Origin: Cohnella sp. | GTDB lineage: Bacteria > Bacillota > Bacilli > Paenibacillales > Paenibacillaceae | Direction: 5' to 3' | Length of the DNA: 64,000 nt | Assembly: GCA_028287445.1 (NCBI GenBank) | Contig: JAQBPQ010000238.1 | Coordinates: 1,295 to 65,294 of the forward strand | Shown: in pieces, positions 57,866-64,000 of the stretch | Layout of the letters: each line of letters opens with the position of its first letter | Position numbering within the stretch: the stretch's first letter is position 1 | The notes under the pieces: generated by a model | What the model was told of the DNA's origin: nothing | Seen by the model: only the letters and a program-made list of their open reading frames with translations | Database searches by the model: none | Program-made: the position numbers and the translations under genes

Positions 57866-58564
57866 ATGGCAGTTATTTCCATGAAACAGCTTCTCGAAGC
57901 TGGGGTACACTTCGGCCACCAAACCCGTCGTTGGAACCCGAAAATGGACAAGTACATCTTTACCGAACGGAACGGCATTTACATTATCGACCTGCAAAAA
58001 ACGGTCAAGAAAGTCGATGAGGCTTACAATTTTGTGCGCCAACTCGCAGAGAACGGCGGCACGATGCTGTTCGTAGGAACGAAGAAACAAGCGCAAGATT
58101 CCGTGAAGGAAGAAGCGGAACGCGCCGGCATGTACTATATTAACCAACGCTGGCTCGGCGGCACGCTGACCAACTTCTCCACGATCCAGAAGCGGACCGA
58201 CCGTCTGCATCAGTTGAATCGTTGGGAAGAAGACGGCACGTTCGCTGTCCTCCCGAAGAAAGAAGTCATCTTGCTCCGCAAGGAGAAAGAGCGCCTGGAG
58301 AAATTCCTCGGCGGCATCAAAAACATGCGCAAACTGCCGGACGCATTGTTCATCATCGATCCGCGCAAAGAACGCATCGCGGTTGCCGAAGCCCGCAAGC
58401 TGGGCATCCCGATTGTCGGTATCGTCGATACGAACTGCGATCCGGACGAGATCGATTACATCATCCCGGGTAACGACGACGCCATCCGCGCCGTCAAGCT
58501 GCTCACAGCCAAAATGGCGGACGCCATCGTCGAATCGCATCAAGGCGAAGAAACGACAGCTTAA
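57866..58564 (+). CDS. rpsB: 30S ribosomal protein S2
   Basis: [38 protein letters not shown]; ATG 57866. Confidence 0.98.
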   Translation: MAVISMKQLLEAGVHFGHQTRRWNPKMDKYIFTERNGIYIIDLQKTVKKVDEAYNFVRQLAENGGTMLFVGTKKQAQDSVKEEAERAGMYYINQRWLGGTLTNFSTIQKRTDRLHQLNRWEEDGTFAVLPKKEVILLRKEKERLEKFLGGIKNMRKLPDALFIIDPRKERIAVAEARKLGIPIVGIVDTNCDPDEIDYIIPGNDDAIRAVKLLTAKMADAIVESHQGEETTA

Positions 58565-58587
58565 TCAGCTCCCATTACGCGACAAAC

Positions 58588-58628
58588 AAAGGGTGGTCAG
58601 AAGCGAACCTTCTCACCGCCCTTTTTTT
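58588..58628 (+). terminator. Terminator/attenuator between rpsB and tsf
   Basis: AAAGGGTGGT...ACCGCCCTTTTTTT. Confidence 0.7.
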
Positions 58629-58699
58629 AAAAACATTTGATCGCTCCCCGTACATATGACGTCCGGGCTGAAGAGCGCAAATATTAGGAGGTAATCCAG

Positions 58700-59350
58700 T
58701 TGGCCATCCATGCAGCAGACGTAAAAACACTCCGCGAAAGAACCGGAGCCGGTATGCTTGATTGCAAAAAATCGCTCGAAGAAGCGAACGGCGACCTCAC
58801 CAGAGCAGCCGAACTGCTTCGTGAAAAAGGATTGGCGGCAGCCGCGAAGAAAGGCGACCGCATCGCGACCGAAGGTATCGTCGAATCCTACATCCATGGC
58901 GGCGGCCGCATTGGCGTACTGGTTGAAGTCAACTGCGAAACCGACTTCGTTGGCAAAACCGATCAGTTCCGCTCTTTCGTGAAAGATATTGCGATGCAAA
59001 TCGCAGCAGCCAATCCGAAATTCCTGAGCCGTGAAGAAGTATCCCAAGCAGATCTCGACAAAGAGAAGGAAATTCTCCGCAACCAGGCGCTTAATGAAGG
59101 CAAACCGGAGAAAATCGTCGACAAAATGGTCGAAGGCCGGATCAACAAATATTACGAAGAGAACTGTCTGATGGAGCAAGCCTTCGTGAAAGATCCAGAC
59201 AAAACGATCACCACACTGCTGAACGAGAAAATCTCCGCCATCGGTGAAAAAATTTCCATCCGCCGTTTTGCCCGTTTTGAGCTGGGAGAAGGCATGGAGA
59301 AAAAAGTAGACAACTTCGTCGAAGAGGTCATGGCCCAGGCGAAGCTGTAA
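58700..59350 (+). CDS. tsf: Elongation factor Ts
   Basis: [35 protein letters not shown]. Confidence 0.98.
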   Translation: MAIHAADVKTLRERTGAGMLDCKKSLEEANGDLTRAAELLREKGLAAAAKKGDRIATEGIVESYIHGGGRIGVLVEVNCETDFVGKTDQFRSFVKDIAMQIAAANPKFLSREEVSQADLDKEKEILRNQALNEGKPEKIVDKMVEGRINKYYEENCLMEQAFVKDPDKTITTLLNEKISAIGEKISIRRFARFELGEGMEKKVDNFVEEVMAQAKL

Positions 59351-59366
59351 TAAGCATCGCCTTTCC

Positions 59367-59393
59367 GGGAACACGCTGTGTTCCCTCTTTTTT
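59367..59393 (+). terminator. Intrinsic terminator after tsf
   Basis: GGGAACAC-GCT-GTGTTCCC followed by TCTTTTTT. Confidence 0.65.
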
Positions 59394-59416
59394 AAACCAC
59401 GAGACGATGGGGGTAA

Positions 59417-60150
<734 letters not shown>

Positions 60151-60151
<1 letters not shown>

Positions 60152-60705
60152 TGCCGCAATCGATCAAGAAAGACGCGGAAGACCGGATGGAGAAAGCGCT
60201 GGCCGCTTTGAAACGGGATTTGTCGACGCTGCGTGCCGGACGCGCTTCCCCGGCCCTGTTGGACCGGGTGCAGGCGGACTACTATGGTACGCCTACACCC
60301 GTGAACCAGCTCGGCTCGATCAACACACCGGATTCCCGCACGCTGATTATCCAGCCCTGGGACAAAACGGCTCTCTCGGCTATCGAAAAGGCAATCTTGA
60401 AATCTGATCTCGGGCTCACCCCGTCCAATGACGGAACGATCATCCGGATCACGATTCCGATGCTGACGGAGGAACGCCGCAAGGACCTTGCCAAAGACAC
60501 GAAGAGATTCGGCGAGGAAGCGAAGGTGGCCATCCGCAATATTCGTCGGGACGCCAATGAAGACATCAAGAAAAAAGAAAAGGACCAAATTTCCGAAGAT
60601 GAATCGCGGCGTCATCAAGAAGACGTTCAGAAGCTTACCGACCGCTTCGTCGCGGAAGTCGATAAGATTTTAGCGGCTAAAGAAAAAGAAATCATGGAAG
60701 TGTAA
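60151..60705 (+). CDS. frr: Ribosome recycling factor
   Basis: [30 protein letters not shown]. Confidence 0.98.
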
Positions 60706-60777
60706 TTCACTCGTTTCCACCCCTCCGTCAGGTGGGGTTTATTCTCTTTTTCATGGATGGACTAAGGGGGAAACACC

Positions 60778-61590
60778 ATGAGCAGCCGTTCTACCGGCGG
60801 TTGGCTCCGCAAGCTTCGATTCGGTATTCGGGGGCCGTCGAACAGGGACAAACCGGCGCCGGATTCCCACATGGACGGCGAACCGACCGGGGACAACATT
60901 CCAGAGCATGTGGCCGTCATTATGGACGGCAATGGGCGTTGGGCCAAATCCCGCGGGCTTCCCCGCTTTGCGGGCCATCACAGCGGGATGAAAGCGGTGA
61001 AACGCATTGCCAAAGCGGCCGACCGGATCGGTGTGAAGATTCTTACGCTGTATGCGTTCTCGACGGAAAATTGGAAACGTCCCAAAGATGAAGTGGACTT
61101 TCTGATGAAGCTGCCGCAGGAGTTTTTGGCCATTGAATTGGGCGAACTGATTGAGAATAATGTTCAGGTTCGCATGATGGGTTCGCGTGAAGGGCTCCCG
61201 GCTCATACGTTAGCCGCCGTAGAAGAAGCGGTGCACCGGACGGAAGATAATACCGGCCTTATTCTCAATTTGGCGCTGAATTACGGCAGCCGTTCGGAAA
61301 TGGTCGACGCGGTCCGGCAACTTGCGAAGGAAGTATCTCAGGGACGCCTGGATCCTGACGCGATCGAGGAGGAACACATCGCGGGCCGGCTGCTAACGGC
61401 CGGTATGCCGGATCCCGATCTGCTCATCCGCACCAGCGGGGAGCTTCGTTTGAGCAATTTCATGCTTTGGCAGCTCGCGTACAGTGAGTTGTGTTTCACG
61501 GACGTGTATTGGCCGGAGTTTACGGATAAACATTTTTTCGACGCCATACGCGAATACCAGCGGCGGGCGAGACGATACGGGGGGCTGTGA
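60778..61590 (+). CDS. uppS: Undecaprenyl diphosphate synthase
   Basis: HVAVIMDGNGRWA, FSTENWKRP, DLLIRTSGE-RLSNF. Confidence 0.97.
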   Translation: MSSRSTGGWLRKLRFGIRGPSNRDKPAPDSHMDGEPTGDNIPEHVAVIMDGNGRWAKSRGLPRFAGHHSGMKAVKRIAKAADRIGVKILTLYAFSTENWKRPKDEVDFLMKLPQEFLAIELGELIENNVQVRMMGSREGLPAHTLAAVEEAVHRTEDNTGLILNLALNYGSRSEMVDAVRQLAKEVSQGRLDPDAIEEEHIAGRLLTAGMPDPDLLIRTSGELRLSNFMLWQLAYSELCFTDVYWPEFTDKHFFDAIREYQRRARRYGGL

Positions 61591-61594
61591 ACGT

Positions 61595-62392
61595 ATGGTT
61601 CAACGGATTGTGACCGGCGTCGTGGCGGGAGCCGCGTTCCTCGGTCTGCTCTGGCTCGGAGGTTGGTTCTATTCCGTACTGCTACTGATCATGGCCGTGA
61701 TCGGATATGCGGAATTCGTCAAGATGAACGGTCAGGCTTGGTCCAGGTGGGACGTGTTAGCCGCTTTTGCAGCCGTTATTCTGCTGACCCTAACGCATTT
61801 GCCGGACGGGTGGAATTTCTATTTACCTGCATTTGAAAGGGTATCCTGGATTTTAATGTTTGTACTGCTTGCCGCCACAGTATTCAGCAAAAACCGCATT
61901 CAGCTCGAGTATGCCAGTCTCTTGTACTTGGGAGCGGTGTATGTAGGGGCCGGGTTTCATTTCATGTTGGCAACAAGAGAGTTGAATCACGGCCTGTTCT
62001 GGTCGGTTCTGACTTTCGTCTGCATATGGGCGTCGGATGCCGGCGCTTATTTTGTTGGAAAAACGATCGGGAGAACGAAGCTGTGGCCGGCGATCAGCCC
62101 GAATAAGACGGTCGAAGGATCAATCGGCGGCTTGGTCATTGCCGTCATTGCAGGACTTATTTTTGCTTGGTACAAGCCCGGGTGGCTCGGTTACGGACAG
62201 GCCGCTGCCATAGGTGCCGTCGCTGCGGTTGCGGGGCAACTGGGAGATTTGATTCAGTCTGCTTATAAAAGATTTCGAGGAGTCAAAGATTCCGGCCATT
62301 TGTTGCCGGGACACGGAGGAATTCTGGACCGGACCGACAGCTGGCTCATTGTCTTTCCCTTGGTCCATTTGTTGTCGCTATTGGGTTCATGA
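61595..62392 (+). CDS. cdsA: Phosphatidate cytidylyltransferase
   Basis: ISPNKTVEG, KRFRGVKDSG, PGHGGILDR; ATG 61595. Confidence 0.96.
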   Translation: MVQRIVTGVVAGAAFLGLLWLGGWFYSVLLLIMAVIGYAEFVKMNGQAWSRWDVLAAFAAVILLTLTHLPDGWNFYLPAFERVSWILMFVLLAATVFSKNRIQLEYASLLYLGAVYVGAGFHFMLATRELNHGLFWSVLTFVCIWASDAGAYFVGKTIGRTKLWPAISPNKTVEGSIGGLVIAVIAGLIFAWYKPGWLGYGQAAAIGAVAAVAGQLGDLIQSAYKRFRGVKDSGHLLPGHGGILDRTDSWLIVFPLVHLLSLLGS

Positions 62393-62415
62393 ATACATAA
62401 CGCGGGGGTTCCACC

Positions 62416-63561
62416 ATGAAAAAAGTCGCCGTTCTCGGCAGCACGGGTTCCATCGGCACCCAGACGCTGGATGTCATCTCGCGGGAGCCGGAAAGCTACG
62501 ATGTGGTCGGACTGGCTGCAGGGACGAACGTCGATTTACTGCTTAAACAGACGGCCGTTTTCCGGCCGAAACTTGTATCCGTTGCGACCAGGGAGCTGGC
62601 TGACCAGATTCGCGATCGTTTGCCGTCAGGCACGCGGGTATGCTTCGGAGAAGAAGGGTTAGTTGAAGTCGCAGCCCATGCCGGAGCGGATTACGTGGTC
62701 TGCGCGCTGGTCGGCAGTCTTGGTCTGTCTTCCGCACTTGCGGCGATTGATGCGGGCGCAACGATCGGACTTGCCAACAAGGAGACGCTTGTGACCGCCG
62801 GACATCTCGTGATGGCTCGGGCGGCTGCCAAGGGTGCCGCCATTGTCCCGATAGACAGCGAGCACTCCGCTTTGTTCCAATGTTTGAACGGGGAGCCGCG
62901 TTCCGCGGTGAAGCGCTTGATTCTTACCGCCTCCGGGGGAAGTTTTCGCGACAAGACGCGGGACGAATTGAAAGACGTGACGGTCGAAGATGCGTTGAAA
63001 CATCCGAACTGGAGCATGGGCGCCAAAGTGACCATCGATAGTGCTACAATGGCGAACAAAGGGTTGGAAGTGATGGAGGCGCACTGGCTGTTTGACGTAC
63101 CGTACGATCGAATCGATGTGATGATCCATCCTGAGAGCATCGTCCATTCGATGGTGGAATTCCGCGATACGAGTGTCATCGCGCAGCTCGGCAATCCGGA
63201 CATGCGGGTTCCGATCCAATACGCGCTTACCTATCCGGAACGCCGGCCATCTGCGGCTTTGCCACTAGATCTGTTGGCGAAAGGTACGTTGAATTTTCGG
63301 CCGATGGATTTCGGCCGTTATCCGTGCTTACATCTGGCTTACGAGGCCGGACGCGTTGGCGGAACAGCGCCTACGGTGTTCAATGCGGCCAACGAAGCCG
63401 CGGTTGCTCGTTTTCTGCGCAGGGAGATTTCGTTCCTCTCGATTGAGGAGATCATCGAGGAAGTGCTGAATCGGCATACGCCGCATAGCTCGCCTGATTT
63501 GGGCACGATCCTCGAAACCGACCTCTGGGCCCGGCAGCAAGCCGAATTGCTAAGGCCTTGA
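62416..63561 (+). CDS. dxr: 1-deoxy-D-xylulose 5-phosphate reductoisomerase
   Basis: LGSTGSIG, ANKE, PIDSEH, HPNWSMG, DSATMANKGLE. Confidence 0.98.
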   Translation: MKKVAVLGSTGSIGTQTLDVISREPESYDVVGLAAGTNVDLLLKQTAVFRPKLVSVATRELADQIRDRLPSGTRVCFGEEGLVEVAAHAGADYVVCALVGSLGLSSALAAIDAGATIGLANKETLVTAGHLVMARAAAKGAAIVPIDSEHSALFQCLNGEPRSAVKRLILTASGGSFRDKTRDELKDVTVEDALKHPNWSMGAKVTIDSATMANKGLEVMEAHWLFDVPYDRIDVMIHPESIVHSMVEFRDTSVIAQLGNPDMRVPIQYALTYPERRPSAALPLDLLAKGTLNFRPMDFGRYPCLHLAYEAGRVGGTAPTVFNAANEAAVARFLRREISFLSIEEIIEEVLNRHTPHSSPDLGTILETDLWARQQAELLRP

Positions 63562-63655
63562 GACCCACTGTCCTTCCGTGCGTATTCTCTTGTATCGGCC
63601 CGGAGAATAATGTTAATCTAAGGACAGCCGTTCGCGGCGACGGGAGTTGAGTTTC

Positions 63656-64000
63656 ATGCAGATGATACAGGTCGTGATATCGACCGTTTTGATGTTCTTT
63701 TTGCTTGTTTCCCTGCACGAATGGGGTCATTTTTATTTCGCCCGGCGGGCGGGCATCCTGGTTCGGGAATTCGCGATCGGATTCGGCCCGAAGCTGTTCT
63801 CGGTGAAGCAGGGTGAAACCCGCTATACGCTTCGTCTATTGCCGGTCGGCGGATTCGTCCGGATGGCCGGTGAAGACCCCGAGACGTTGGAAGTTCAGCC
63901 AGGCCAGGCGATTGCGGTACGGATCAAGGACGATCGGGTCACCCGGTTATACCTTGACCGCTTGGACGAAAGGTCGAATGTCCTTCGCGGTGAGATCAAG
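63656..64000 (+). CDS. rseP: Site-2 metalloprotease RseP/RasP, N-terminal part (3'-truncated by window)
   Basis: Read manually from ATG 63656: ...LVSLHEWGHF...VREFAIGFGP...LPVGGFVRMAGE; HExxH motif; follows dxr. Confidence 0.93.
   Translation, partial: MQMIQVVISTVLMFFLLVSLHEWGHFYFARRAGILVREFAIGFGPKLFSVKQGETRYTLRLLPVGGFVRMAGEDPETLEVQPGQAIAVRIKDDRVTRLYLDRLDERSNVLRGEIK

Overview
A core-genome window (about 54% GC by eye) from a Bacillales organism. Gene content and order point to Paenibacillaceae (Cohnella/Paenibacillus-like); this is inference. Order: smc (3' end), ftsY, a MarR + DHA2 MFS efflux pair, ylxM-ffh-rpsP-khpA-rimM-trmD-rplS-lepB-rbgA-rnhB, ylqG/ylqH-like pair, yraN, comM/yifB (the only minus-strand gene), sucCD, dprA-topA-trmFO-hslVU-codY (no xerC/codV), the ~31 kb fla/che operon (flgB to sigD plus four downstream genes), then rpsB-tsf-pyrH-frr-uppS-cdsA-dxr-rseP (5' end). 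I found no tRNA, rRNA, CRISPR array, transposase or prophage gene. The most notable signals beyond annotation are: (1) a ~57 bp structured intergenic repeat present four times in both orientations, with an outer stem that stays paired despite sequence changes; (2) a two-hairpin RNA-like element between a small protein with a DUF4258/RelE-like motif and the hook gene; (3) a small membrane protein ending in a FliF-C-terminus-like motif; (4) an in-frame 183 bp duplication in the FliK ruler region; (5) twin TGTnAAG-N8-CTTGACA palindromes at the ylxM-ffh promoter; (6) a second FliK-like + FlhB-CC-like gene pair; (7) a switch-like leader on comM. All gene calls come from recognising protein motifs and synteny by eye; no database search was run. 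Several starts were moved downstream of the ORF-track start to the codon with a Shine-Dalgarno (SD) sequence.
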